A stretch of DNA of 58,940 nucleotides from Acidimicrobiales bacterium (GTDB taxonomy: Bacteria > Actinomycetota > Acidimicrobiia > Acidimicrobiales > VFJN01), in the NCBI GenBank assembly GCA_045807565.1, contig JBJMHD010000060.1, forward strand, positions 1 through 58,940, written 5' to 3'. The notes under the pieces are model-generated. The model was not told where the DNA came from. It saw only the letters and a list, made by a program, of their open reading frames with translations, and searched no databases. How positions within the stretch are numbered: position 1 is the first letter of the stretch; every line of letters begins with the position of its first letter. Both the position numbers and the translations under genes were made by a program. This document shows, piece after piece, positions 10,480 to 20,464 of this stretch.

Positions 10480-10564
10480 CGGCGGCGACGGTAGTGCGGA
10501 GGCTCCGACCGCACGCGCGACGCGGGGGCCCGGACCTTGGTCCGAGCCCCCTCGATCGGAGGAG

Positions 10565-11422
10565 CTAGATGCCGAGCGGGAGCGCGTTCGGGTTGAACGC
10601 CTCGGTGCCGTTCTCCAGGGCGACGCCGGACTGGCCGTGGCTCTGGGCGTAGGCGAGCTCGCGGCTGAGATCGCCGAAGTTGTTGCTGGCCGGCAGCGGC
10701 GCGACGGACACGGTGGACAGCACGCCCGAGGCCCGGCCGCTGGCGTCGAGCAGCGCGGAACCCGAGTCACCCGGGATGCCGGGGGTGACGGTGTAGGCCG
10801 GGTGCGTCCAACCACCGCCGCTCGTGCCGAGGCTCACGCCCTTCTTCGGGGACAGCTGCGTGATGCCGAGGCGCAGGCTGGAGTTCCCGTAGGTGTAGAG
10901 GGTCGACCCCAGGGGGTTGCCCGTCGTGTTGAGGCCGGTGGGTCCACCCCAGTGCGGGATCGATGGGTTCACCTTGCTCACGTCAGCCGGGGCCAACCGG
11001 ACCAGGGCGAGATCGTTGTAGGCGCACGTGTTGGCGTCCGACTCGTGCGCCGCCTGCATGGCGAGCCACGAGGAGTACACGAGGGTGCCGTCCTGCGAGG
11101 CGCCGTCGATCTCGACCGGTGTTCCGAGCGGCAGTGAGCCGGCCAGGCAGCCGTCGGTGTCGGTGGCGGCGCCGGTGCCCGCGCAGTGGGCGGCGTAGCC
11201 GATGTACACGTCGGTGCCGCGCGTGAAGATGAAGTTGGCGGTGCACTGCGCACCATCCGTGAACATCATCACGCCGGGGTGGATGGTGGCCGTGGCCGCG
11301 GGTGCCCACCCACCTGCGGGAGGCGACGCGTCGGCGTTCGGTGCTGGGACGACGGAAGCGATGAGCGAGCCGATGAGAAGGGTCGCCACAGCGCCAAGTC
11401 GACGAACGAGGTTCGCTCGCAC
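10565..11422 (-). CDS. Secreted trypsin-like serine protease
   Basis: Signal peptide; CTANF, AAHC, DLAL, PGDSGS catalytic motifs; AAGGAG RBS. Confidence 0.85.
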   Translation of the reverse strand: MRANLVRRLGAVATLLIGSLIASVVPAPNADASPPAGGWAPAATATIHPGVMMFTDGAQCTANFIFTRGTDVYIGYAAHCAGTGAATDTDGCLAGSLPLGTPVEIDGASQDGTLVYSSWLAMQAAHESDANTCAYNDLALVRLAPADVSKVNPSIPHWGGPTGLNTTGNPLGSTLYTYGNSSLRLGITQLSPKKGVSLGTSGGGWTHPAYTVTPGIPGDSGSALLDASGRASGVLSTVSVAPLPASNNFGDLSRELAYAQSHGQSGVALENGTEAFNPNALPLGI

Positions 11423-11508
11423 GAGGTGCTCCTTCGATTGGGTTGTGGCCCGCCGACGGGGGATTCGTCCCGTTCGCGGCGATCTCCTGCGGCCGGTTCA
11501 GGGTTACG

Positions 11509-12858
11509 TCAGGTAACGGCGGCCAGCACGTGGGACCGGATGGCCTCCACCTCGGCGGGGAGCGTCTCGTAGCGCTCCGACCGCTCCAGGACCTCGGCCA
11601 GGCGCGCCGGGACCTCGGGCCGGATCCCGGTCGCCTGCTCGACCGCATCGGGGAACTTGGCGGGGTGGGCGGTGGCCAGTGCCACCATCGGCGAGTCGCC
11701 CGAGCGGCACGCCCGAGCCGCCCCGATCCCCACGGCCGTGTGCGGGTCGACGAGGCGCCCGGTGGTCTCGTGCACCTCGCCGATCACCTGCAGCGTGGCC
11801 GCGTCATCGAGGGCGGCGGCCTGGAAGCGCTCGTTGTGCGGCGCCTCGACCGCCCCGAGGCCTCGGAAGCGGTCCAAGAGCTCCGCCGTGCGCGCACCGT
11901 CGCGACCGCTCAGCTCGAACAGCAGCCGCTCGTGGTTGGACGACACCTGGATGTCCATCGACGGGCTGTAGGTGGGCACGACGGGCTGGGCGATGAGCGA
12001 GCCGTCGCTGACCCAACGGGTGAGGATGTCGTTGCTGTTCGAGCCGATGACGAGCTGGTCGATCGGGAGGCCCATCCGCTCTGCGATCCACCCCGAGAAG
12101 ATGTTGCCGAAGTTCCCCGTGGGGACGGCGAACGAGCAGCGCCCCACGTGGGCGACCGTCGTGACGTAGTAGACGACCTGCGCCATCACGCGCGCCCAGT
12201 TGATCGAGTTCATGGCCGAGAGCCGCACCTGCTGGCGGAACGCCTGGTCGGCGAAGAGGGCCTTCACCAGGTCCTGGCAGTCGTCGAAGGTTCCCTCCAC
12301 CGCCACGTTGTGCACGTTGGGGGCGTCGACCGTGGTCATCTGGCGCCGCTGCACGTCGCTCACCCGCCCGGCGGGGTGGAGCACCACGATGTCGAGCGCG
12401 TCGCGCCCCACGCAGGCCTCGATCGCGGCCGAGCCGGTGTCGCCGGAGGTGGCGACGACGATCGTGGCGCGCTGGCTGCGAGCCGCGAGCTCGTGGTCGA
12501 ACAGCCGACCGACGAGCTGGAGGGCCACGTCCTTGAACGCGAGCGTCGGCCCCCAGAACAGCTCGAGCAGGTGCAGGTCGCCGAGCTCGACCACCGGGCA
12601 GACCTCGGGGTGGTCGAACGTCGCGTACGCTGCGGCCACCATCGCCTCGAAGTCGTCGCGCTCGATCGAGCCTTCGACGTAGGGCCACATCACGTCGAGG
12701 GCGACAGCGTCGTAGGGACGGACCTCGGACCACGCCTCCGACGAGAGGTGCGGCCACTCCTCCGGCACGTACAGCCCGCCATCCGTCGCGAGGCCGGTGA
12801 GGAGCACATCGCCGAACCCGAGCACGGGTGCCGCGCCGCGGGTGGAGACGTACTTCAC
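11509..12858 (-). CDS. thrC: Threonine synthase (long form with N-terminal domain)
   Basis: YVSTRG, DGGLYVP, GPTLAFKD (PLP Lys), ATSGDTG, NSINWAR, PTGNFG, ATAHPAKF. Confidence 0.96.
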   Translation of the reverse strand: MKYVSTRGAAPVLGFGDVLLTGLATDGGLYVPEEWPHLSSEAWSEVRPYDAVALDVMWPYVEGSIERDDFEAMVAAAYATFDHPEVCPVVELGDLHLLELFWGPTLAFKDVALQLVGRLFDHELAARSQRATIVVATSGDTGSAAIEACVGRDALDIVVLHPAGRVSDVQRRQMTTVDAPNVHNVAVEGTFDDCQDLVKALFADQAFRQQVRLSAMNSINWARVMAQVVYYVTTVAHVGRCSFAVPTGNFGNIFSGWIAERMGLPIDQLVIGSNSNDILTRWVSDGSLIAQPVVPTYSPSMDIQVSSNHERLLFELSGRDGARTAELLDRFRGLGAVEAPHNERFQAAALDDAATLQVIGEVHETTGRLVDPHTAVGIGAARACRSGDSPMVALATAHPAKFPDAVEQATGIRPEVPARLAEVLERSERYETLPAEVEAIRSHVLAAVT

Positions 12859-14141
12859 AGGTCGTCGCCGAGGACGCGGATGACGGACCCGATCCGGTCC
12901 ACCGCCTCGAGCGACGAGAGCCCGGCGATCGTCGCCTGCACGTCGGCGTGTCGGGCGCGGTGGGTGATGAAGATCAGGCGAGCCTCACCGCCGAGGCCCT
13001 CCTGCTCCATGGACCGGATCGACACGCCGTGATCGCCGAACACGCCGGCGACCTGGGCGAGCACGCCCGGGCGGTCGAGCACCTCGACGTTGAGGTAGTG
13101 CGCGGACCGGGCGTCGTCGATCGGGCGGAGCCTCGCCTCGCTCAGCTGGCCGACGGAGGCGTGCGATCCCTTGTGCCGGTTGATGGCGGCGTCGATCAGG
13201 TCACCGAGGATGGCGCTGGACGTGGGCGACCCCCCGGCGCCGCGGCCGTAGAACATGAGGTCACCGACGGACGCGCCCTCCACGAAGATGGCGTTGAAGC
13301 TCTCGCGCACCGCGGCCAGCGGGTGCGCGAGCGGCACCATCGCAGGGTGCACGTGGACGCCGATGGCGCCATCGGGCGTCTGCTCGGCGACCGCGAGCAG
13401 CTTGAGGACGTACCCGAGCTTCCCGGCGTACGCGATGTCGACCTCGGTGATCCCGGTGATGCCCTCGTGGTGCACGTCGTCGGCGGTGATGGCGGCACCG
13501 AAGGCGATGCTGGCGATGATGGCGGCCTTGGCGCCGGCGTCGTAGCCCTCGACGTCGGCGGTGGGATCGGCTTCCGCGAAGCCGAGGGCTTGCGCCTCGG
13601 CCAACGCCTCGGCGTACGACGCGCCGGCCTCGGTCATCTTGGTGAGGATGTAGTTGGTGGTGCCGTTCACGATGCCCATCACGCGCGTGATGCGCTCCCC
13701 CACGAGCGACTCCCGCAGCGGCCGGATGATCGGGATGCCACCGGCGACGGCGGCCTCGAACAGCAGGTCGACGCCGGCCCGCTCGGCCGCCTCGAACAGC
13801 TCGGGGCCGTGCTTGGCGAGGAGCTCCTTGTTGCCGGTGACCACGGGCTTGCCCGCCTTCAGGGCGGTGAGGATCAGGTCGCGGGCGGGTTCGACGCCGC
13901 CGATGAGCTCCACCACCAGGTCGATGTCGGGGTCGTCCACGATGGAGCCGGCGTCGTCGGTGAGCCGGTCGTTGGGCAGGGAGATCGGTCGCGGCTTGGT
14001 GAGGTCGCGTACGGCGATGCGGGTGACCTCGAGCTCGAGCCCGGTGCGCGCCGCGATGGTGGCGCGCTGGGTGCCGATGAGCTCCACGAGCGGCGCGCCC
14101 ACGTTCCCGCACCCCAGCACCCCGACCCGGACGACGCTCAT
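12855..14141 (-). CDS. hom: Homoserine dehydrogenase with C-terminal ACT domain
   Basis: GCGNVG, FEAAVAGGIP, NGTTNYIL, AEADPTADVEGYDA, DRPGVLA. Confidence 0.96.
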   Translation of the reverse strand: MSVVRVGVLGCGNVGAPLVELIGTQRATIAARTGLELEVTRIAVRDLTKPRPISLPNDRLTDDAGSIVDDPDIDLVVELIGGVEPARDLILTALKAGKPVVTGNKELLAKHGPELFEAAERAGVDLLFEAAVAGGIPIIRPLRESLVGERITRVMGIVNGTTNYILTKMTEAGASYAEALAEAQALGFAEADPTADVEGYDAGAKAAIIASIAFGAAITADDVHHEGITGITEVDIAYAGKLGYVLKLLAVAEQTPDGAIGVHVHPAMVPLAHPLAAVRESFNAIFVEGASVGDLMFYGRGAGGSPTSSAILGDLIDAAINRHKGSHASVGQLSEARLRPIDDARSAHYLNVEVLDRPGVLAQVAGVFGDHGVSIRSMEQEGLGGEARLIFITHRARHADVQATIAGLSSLEAVDRIGSVIRVLGDDL

Positions 14142-14194
14142 CGGCGGGACATCGTAGGGGTGCAGGCCGCGACAGCCCCCACCCGTTCCGTGGA

Positions 14195-15472
14195 TCAGAG
14201 CGGGACGTCGTGGCGCAGCAGGTCGTCGTAGGTCTCCCGACGCACCACCTCGCGCGCGCGGCCCTCTCCGACGAACACGATCGCGGGCCGCAGCACCTTG
14301 TTGTAGTTCGAGCCCATCGAATGTCCGTACGCGCCCGTGACCGGGGTGGCGAGCACGTCGCCGACGGACAGGTCCTCGGGCACCTGCGCGTCTCGCACCA
14401 GGACGTCGCCCGACTCGCAGTGCTTGCCGACGATGGTCACCCGCCTCGGGCGCGGGGCGTCGGTGGCGCGGGGGAGGAAGGCCTCGTAGCCCGACCCGTA
14501 GAGCACGGGCCGCGGGTTGTCGGACATGCCACCGTCCACCGACACGTAGGTGCGCACGCCGGGGACGTCCTTGATGGTGCCGACCGTGTAGAGCGTGACG
14601 GCCGCTTGGGCGACGATCGACCGGCCCGGCTCGGCGGACACGCGAGCCACGATCCCGGCCTCCCGGCAACCGGACACGATCGCGGTGCCCCACTGGCTGA
14701 TCGTCGGCGCCTCCTCGCCGTCCACGTAGGCGACCCCGAGGCCTCCCCCGATGGAGAGCTCCGGCAGGCCGACCTCCCGCACCCAGGGCGCGACCACCTC
14801 CACGGCGTCGTGGAAGAAGTCGGCGACGAACACCTGGCTGCCGATGTGCATGTGGACCCCCACCAGCTCCACGGCCGGTGAGTCCTGGGCGCGCGCCACG
14901 GCCCGTGCGGCATCGCCGGACGGCACGCCGAAGCCGAACTTCGAGTCGAGCTGCCCCGTGCGGATGAAGTCGTGGGTGTGCGCCTCGACGCCGGGCGTGG
15001 CGCGCACGAGCACCTTCGGTCGGCGTCCGTCCTCGGCGTGGAGCGCGGCAAGGCGGTCGAGCTCGTCGAAGCTGTCGATGACGATCCGGCCGACCCCGGC
15101 GGCACGCGCCTCCCGGAGCTCGGCGAGCGACTTGTTGTTGCCGTGCAGCACCAAGCGGTCGGCCGGGACGCCGGCGGCCAACGCGATGTGGAGCTCGCCG
15201 CCGGTGGCGACGTCGAGGTGCATCCCCTCCTCGTGGGCGAGGCGGGCCATGGCGAGGCAGAGGAACGCCTTGCTCGCGTACGCCACCCCGTCGCCGAAGG
15301 CCGCCACCGCCTCCCGGCAGCGCGCACGCAGGTGGGCCTCGTCGTAGACGAACAGCGGCGTGCCGTGCTCGGCGGCGAGGTCGAGGACGTCGCAGCCACC
15401 GATGCGCAGGCGCCCGTCGTCGCCGACCGCAGCCGTGTCCGGCAACAGCTGGCGCGGCAGGGCTGCTGACAC
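14195..15472 (-). CDS. lysA: Diaminopimelate decarboxylase
   Basis: YASKAF, HGNNKS, HIGSQ, EPGRS, KHCESGD, GAYG..SNYN. Confidence 0.96.
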   Translation of the reverse strand: MSAALPRQLLPDTAAVGDDGRLRIGGCDVLDLAAEHGTPLFVYDEAHLRARCREAVAAFGDGVAYASKAFLCLAMARLAHEEGMHLDVATGGELHIALAAGVPADRLVLHGNNKSLAELREARAAGVGRIVIDSFDELDRLAALHAEDGRRPKVLVRATPGVEAHTHDFIRTGQLDSKFGFGVPSGDAARAVARAQDSPAVELVGVHMHIGSQVFVADFFHDAVEVVAPWVREVGLPELSIGGGLGVAYVDGEEAPTISQWGTAIVSGCREAGIVARVSAEPGRSIVAQAAVTLYTVGTIKDVPGVRTYVSVDGGMSDNPRPVLYGSGYEAFLPRATDAPRPRRVTIVGKHCESGDVLVRDAQVPEDLSVGDVLATPVTGAYGHSMGSNYNKVLRPAIVFVGEGRAREVVRRETYDDLLRHDVPL

Positions 15473-17074
15473 CTACATCGCCTCGGGAGCCGACACGCCC
15501 AGCAGGTCGAGGCCGATGGCGAGCCCGACGCGGGTCCCCTCCACCAGCCAGAGGCGCGCCTGGGTGAGCTCCGGCGGTACGTCCCCCAGCACGTAGCAGT
15601 CGTGGTAGAAGCCGTGGAACCGATCGGCCAGCTCGCGCACCCATGTCGTCACCTTGTGCGGCGCCCGGTCGACGCAGGCGAGGACGACGACGTCCGGGAG
15701 CTCGGAGAGGCTCCGCAGGAGCTCGAGCTCCCGCTCGTGGACCAGCAGCGAGAGGTCCACCGACGCGAGCGGCTGCCGCTCGACGGCCGCCTCGGCCGCC
15801 TTGCGCCCGATCGAGTGGATGCGGGCGTTGGCGTACTGCACGTAGAACACCGGGTTCTCGTTCGACCGGGCGGTGACCAGGTCGAGGTCGATCGTCTGCC
15901 GCGTGTCGAGCGACTGCAGGAGGAAGGTGAGCCGGGCCACGTCAGCGCCGACCGCCTCCACCAGGTCGTCGAGGAGCACCAGGTCGCCCGCGCGCTTGGA
16001 CAGGCGCACGGCCTCGCCGCCGCGGACCAGCGACACCAGCTGGCCGAGGATGATCTCGAGCTCCTCGGGCGCGTGGCCCAGCGCCTGCACGCCGACCTTC
16101 AGGCGAGCCACGTAGCCGTGGTGGTCGGCGCCCCAGATGTCGATCAGCAGCTGGTGCCCGCGGGCGAACTTGTCGCGGTGGTACGCGATGTCCGGGAGCA
16201 TGTAGGTGGGCTCTCCGTCGGACTTCACCAGCACCCGGTCCTTGTCATCGCCGAAGTCCGTGGTTCGGAGCCACACCGCGCCCTCTGCGTCGTACACCAC
16301 GCCCTGGTCGCGCAGGTCTTGGAGCGTGGCGTCGATCGCACCGGACTCGGCGAGGCTGTTCTCGCTGAACCAGGTGTCGAAGGCCACGCCGATCGCGGCC
16401 AGGCTGTCGCGGAGGTCCTGCTTGACCTTCTCGTAACCCCACGTCTTCGGGTCGACGTCGGCGGGCATCTCGGCCGCCCACTCACGGATGTAGTCGCCGG
16501 CGTAGCCGTCCTCGGGCAGGTCGGTGCCGTCGCGCCGGGCGGCGAGCGACGCGCCGAAGAGGTCCATCTGCACGCCGCGGTCGTTGAGGTAGTACTCGCG
16601 GTGCACGACGTGGCCGGTGCGCTCGAGGATGCGGCAGAGGGAATCGCCGTACGCCGCCCAGCGCCCACCGCCCGCGTGCAGCGGACCCGTGGGGTTGGCG
16701 GAGACGAACTCCACGTTGACGCGCCGACCGCCTCCGAGGTCGGGCCGCGCGAAGGCCGCCTCCCCGCTGACGAGCACGTCGGTGAGCACCTCGTGCAGCC
16801 ACGTGCTCCGCAGGTGGAAGTTCACGAAGCCGGGTCCTGCGATCTCCACCCGCTCCACGTGGGGAGGAGGCTGGGCTTCGAGCCGCGCTACGAGCTCGCC
16901 GGCGAGCTCACGGGGCGCGCGCCCAGCCGCCTTTGCGGTGGCCATGGCCACGTTCGACGACCAGTCGCCGTGCTCCCGGCGTGCCGGACGCTCGAGGTGG
17001 ACCTCGGCGGGGGGCTCGATGCCCGAGTCGACGAGGGCAGCGCGCAGAGAGGAGGCGAGGGTGTCGCGGATCAC
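15473..17074 (-). CDS. argS: Arginine--tRNA ligase
   Basis: EFVSANPTGPLH, WGADHHGY, LSKRAG, NPVFYVQYA; GTG start at 17074. Confidence 0.96.
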   Translation of the reverse strand: MIRDTLASSLRAALVDSGIEPPAEVHLERPARREHGDWSSNVAMATAKAAGRAPRELAGELVARLEAQPPPHVERVEIAGPGFVNFHLRSTWLHEVLTDVLVSGEAAFARPDLGGGRRVNVEFVSANPTGPLHAGGGRWAAYGDSLCRILERTGHVVHREYYLNDRGVQMDLFGASLAARRDGTDLPEDGYAGDYIREWAAEMPADVDPKTWGYEKVKQDLRDSLAAIGVAFDTWFSENSLAESGAIDATLQDLRDQGVVYDAEGAVWLRTTDFGDDKDRVLVKSDGEPTYMLPDIAYHRDKFARGHQLLIDIWGADHHGYVARLKVGVQALGHAPEELEIILGQLVSLVRGGEAVRLSKRAGDLVLLDDLVEAVGADVARLTFLLQSLDTRQTIDLDLVTARSNENPVFYVQYANARIHSIGRKAAEAAVERQPLASVDLSLLVHERELELLRSLSELPDVVVLACVDRAPHKVTTWVRELADRFHGFYHDCYVLGDVPPELTQARLWLVEGTRVGLAIGLDLLGVSAPEAM

Positions 17075-17085
17075 GGCCGGCCTTG

Positions 17086-17457
17086 CTATCGAGAGAGGAG
17101 CTCGTTCACGCGCTCGACGAGGTCGAGCGGCTCGAACGGCTTGGTGACGTAGTCGTCGGCGCCCGCCTCCAGCCCCACCTTGAGGTCGCTGGTCTGCGCC
17201 TTGGCCGAGAGGAGGATGATCGGGATCGCCTTCGTGTCGGCGTCGCCCTTGAGCGTCCCCACCAGCTCCAGGCCCGAGGTGCGCGGCATCATGATGTCGC
17301 TGATGATCACGTCGGGCTGGTGAGCACGGGCCACCTCGATGCCCTCGGCGCCGTCGTGGGCGAGCAGCACGGTGAAGCCCTCGAGCTCGAAGTTGACCTC
17401 GAGGAGGCGCAGGATCACCGGGTCGTCCTCGACGACGAGCACGGTGGCGGCGGGCAC
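17086..17457 (-). CDS. Single-domain response regulator (REC)
   Basis: VVEDD, DIMMP, LSAK, GADDYVTKPF. Confidence 0.9.
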   Translation of the reverse strand: MPAATVLVVEDDPVILRLLEVNFELEGFTVLLAHDGAEGIEVARAHQPDVIISDIMMPRTSGLELVGTLKGDADTKAIPIILLSAKAQTSDLKVGLEAGADDYVTKPFEPLDLVERVNELLSR

Positions 17458-17595
17458 CGGCGGATCTTACGCAGCAGGTCGCGCCAGCCCGAAGGCGCTT
17501 CTGCGGGCTCGCGAAGGGCGATCGCAGGCGCCGATGCGACAAGATGGACGCGGGCGACCACTCGAGGCAGCTGGGGCTGCACCGGAGGAGGACAG

Positions 17596-18549
17596 ATGGA
17601 CACCGGCGCCATGGGGTCGTCGACGGCGACGGCGACCGATCTGGATCTGGCTCGCTGGCGCGGGCAGGAGGGCCGGGTCGAGGTCTGGTACGCCACCCTC
17701 ACCGATCGGCACACGGGCACCGGCGTGTGGATCCACCACGAGACCGTCGCGCCCACGGGCGAGGGCCAGCCCTACGCGCACGGGTGGGCAGCGGTGTTCG
17801 AGCCGGGCGTCGCCCCGGTCGTGGAGCGGTTCGGGCCCGTGGACGCGTCCGCCACCGGCGACGCCCGGCACGTGGTCGGCGGCTGCGAGCTGGCCCCCGG
17901 ATGCCTTCGCGGCTCGGCGGGCGCGTTGCAGTGGGACCTCACCTACGTCGACGCCGGTCCCCCGCTGTTCACGTTCCCACGCGTCGCGTGGGGACGGGAG
18001 CTCCTCCCAGGCGCCCAGATCGTGCCCGCCCCCGACGCGACCTTCACGGGGTCGATCGCGATCAGCGGCCGGGCGATGCCCGTCGCCGGCTGCGGTGCGC
18101 TCGCACGGATCTACGGGCACGGCAGCGCCCAACGATGGGGGTGGCTCCACGCCGACCTGGATGGGGAGGGCACCCTCGAGATCGTCACGGCCACCGCACG
18201 GCGCGCCGCGCTGCGGCGGCTCCCGCCGCTGGCCCTCGTCCAGCTCCGACTGCCCGGCCGACCCGACTGGCCGGCGCGTCCGCTCCTCGCCGCTCCGCGG
18301 TTCCGCACGCGCCTCCGACCGGATGGGTTCGAGGTGCGCGGGCGCGCGGCAGGCGCCCGCTTGACGGTGCGGGTGGAGCTACCCGCCAACGAGTCGGTCT
18401 CGCTGCAGTACGACGACCCGGACGGAGAGACGGCGACGTGCACCAACAGCGAGCGCGCCAGCGCCACCATCCGGTTCGAGGAGGGCGATGCGGCGCGGAC
18501 GTGGGATCTCGACGGGATCGCCCACGCCGAGGTCGGACGCCGGCCGTAG
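17596..18549 (+). CDS. Conserved hypothetical protein (possible tocopherol-cyclase/AttH-like beta fold)
   Basis: GGAGGAG RBS then ATG 17596; EVWYATLTD..WIHHE, IYGHG..WGWLHA, CTNSERA; the fold call is inference. Confidence 0.7.
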   Translation: MDTGAMGSSTATATDLDLARWRGQEGRVEVWYATLTDRHTGTGVWIHHETVAPTGEGQPYAHGWAAVFEPGVAPVVERFGPVDASATGDARHVVGGCELAPGCLRGSAGALQWDLTYVDAGPPLFTFPRVAWGRELLPGAQIVPAPDATFTGSIAISGRAMPVAGCGALARIYGHGSAQRWGWLHADLDGEGTLEIVTATARRAALRRLPPLALVQLRLPGRPDWPARPLLAAPRFRTRLRPDGFEVRGRAAGARLTVRVELPANESVSLQYDDPDGETATCTNSERASATIRFEEGDAARTWDLDGIAHAEVGRRP

Positions 18550-18579
18550 AAGGTCGCGGGGCTACGCTCGCAGGTCCTT

Positions 18580-18651
18580 GCCCTCGTAGCTCAGCGGATA
18601 GAGCATCGGCCTCCGGAGCCGTGTGCGCAGGTTCGAGTCCTGCCGAGGGCG
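18580..18651 (+). tRNA. tRNA-Arg(CCG)
   Basis: GCCCTCG/CGAGGGC acceptor stem, GCTC/GAGC D arm, anticodon loop CTCCGGA, GCAGG-TTCGAGT-CCTGC T arm; CCA not encoded. Confidence 0.95.
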
Positions 18652-18669
18652 CAACGTAGGAGCCGAGCG

Positions 18670-20463
18670 ATGCGGATCGAGGACTACGCGCTCATCGGGG
18701 ACACCCAGACGGCAGCACTGGTCGGACGCGACGGCTCCATCGACTGGTTGTGCTTCCCACGGTTCGACTCCGGCGCCTGCTTCGCCGCCCTGCTGGGCCA
18801 TCGGGATCACGGCCGCTGGCTCCTCGCCCCCGCCGAAGCCGGGGCGACCACCACGCGGCGCTACCGCGACGACACGCTGGTCCTCGAGACGACCTTCACG
18901 ACATCGAGCGGCTCCGTACGGCTGACGGACTGCATGCCCATCCGCGGCGAAGCACCCGACGTGGTCCGGCTCGTCGAGGGACTCGAAGGCTCCGTGCGGA
19001 TGCGCATGGATCTCGTGATCCGCTTCGACTACGGCGCGTCCGTCCCCTGGGTCCGTCGGGTCGACGGCGCGCTGCAAGCCGTGGCCGGTCCCGACGCGAT
19101 CGAGCTCCGGACGCCCGTGGAGACCCACGGCGTGGATCTCGCCACCGCCGCCGACTTCGACGTCGGTGCCGGTGACCGCATCCCGTTCGTCCTCACCTGG
19201 CACTCCTCGCACGAGCCGGCCCCACGCGCCGTCGACGCCGAGCGCGCCATCGAGACCACGGCTGCGTGGTGGCGCGACTGGGCCGGGCGGTGCGCCACCT
19301 ACGGCGACCTGCGCGACATCGTCGTCCGCTCGCTCATCACGCTCAAGGCGCTGACCTACGCCCCGACCGGCGGGCTCGTGGCCGCGCCCACCACGAGCCT
19401 CCCCGAGGACGTCGGCGGGGTCCGGAACTGGGACTACCGGTACTGCTGGCTCCGCGACGCCACCTTCAGCCTCTACGCGCTCATGCTCGGTGGCTACGAC
19501 GACGAAGCCGCAGCCTGGCGGGACTGGCTGCTCCGAGCCGCCGCCGGCGCCCCCGACCAGCTGCAGATCATGTACGGGCCGGCCGGCGAGCGACGGCTCC
19601 CGGAGATGACCTTGGACTGGCTGCCCGGCTACGAGGCCTCCGCCCCCGTTCGAGTCGGAAACGCCGCCAGCCGCCAGTTCCAGCTCGACGTCTACGGCGA
19701 GGTCATGGACTGCCTCCACCAGGCCCGGCGCAACGGCGTCGCCGAGGACCCGAACGTGTGGGCGTTCCAACGTACGCTGATGGACTTCCTCGAAGGGCAC
19801 TGGCGGGTCCCCGACGAGGGCATCTGGGAGGTGCGCGGTCCCCGGCGCCACTTCACCCACTCCAAGGTCATGGCCTGGGTCGCAGCCGACCGCGCCGTGA
19901 AGGCCGTCGAGCACTTCGACGTCGACGGCCCCGTCGATCGGTGGCGAGCGTTGCGCCGAGACATCCACGACGAGGTGTGCGACCGCGGCTACGACGTCGA
20001 CCGCGGGGCCTTCACCCAGTCCTACGACCGCCCGGAGCTCGACGCCAGCCTGCTCATGATCCCCCTCGTGGGGTTCCTGCCCGCCGACGACGAGCGCATG
20101 CTCGGCACCGTCGACGCGATCCAGACGAGCCTCTGCACGGACGGGTTCGTCCAGCGCTATGGCGGGGACAGCCTCGGCGAGATCGACGGCCTCCCTGGCG
20201 GAGAAGGCGCCTTCCTCCCCTGCAGCTTCTGGCTCGCCGACAACCTGATCCTGCAAGGCAGGACCGAGGAGGGCCGGGCCCTGTTCGACCGGCTCGCAGG
20301 GCTCGCCAACGACGTCGGCCTGCTCGCGGAGGAGTACCACCCGGGCCTGCGCCGCCTGGTCGGCAACTTCCCGCAGGCGTTCACCCACGTCACCCTCATC
20401 AACACCGCGCACAACCTCACCGCATCGAGAGGTCCGGCCCGAGACCGGAGCGAGGCGACCTGA
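18670..20463 (+). CDS. Glycoside hydrolase family 15 (trehalase/glucoamylase-like)
   Basis: IEDYALIGD, AAPTTSLPE, RNWDYRYCWLRD, QLDVYGE, GNFPQAFTH. Confidence 0.93.
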   Translation: MRIEDYALIGDTQTAALVGRDGSIDWLCFPRFDSGACFAALLGHRDHGRWLLAPAEAGATTTRRYRDDTLVLETTFTTSSGSVRLTDCMPIRGEAPDVVRLVEGLEGSVRMRMDLVIRFDYGASVPWVRRVDGALQAVAGPDAIELRTPVETHGVDLATAADFDVGAGDRIPFVLTWHSSHEPAPRAVDAERAIETTAAWWRDWAGRCATYGDLRDIVVRSLITLKALTYAPTGGLVAAPTTSLPEDVGGVRNWDYRYCWLRDATFSLYALMLGGYDDEAAAWRDWLLRAAAGAPDQLQIMYGPAGERRLPEMTLDWLPGYEASAPVRVGNAASRQFQLDVYGEVMDCLHQARRNGVAEDPNVWAFQRTLMDFLEGHWRVPDEGIWEVRGPRRHFTHSKVMAWVAADRAVKAVEHFDVDGPVDRWRALRRDIHDEVCDRGYDVDRGAFTQSYDRPELDASLLMIPLVGFLPADDERMLGTVDAIQTSLCTDGFVQRYGGDSLGEIDGLPGGEGAFLPCSFWLADNLILQGRTEEGRALFDRLAGLANDVGLLAEEYHPGLRRLVGNFPQAFTHVTLINTAHNLTASRGPARDRSEAT

Positions 20464-20464
20464 C

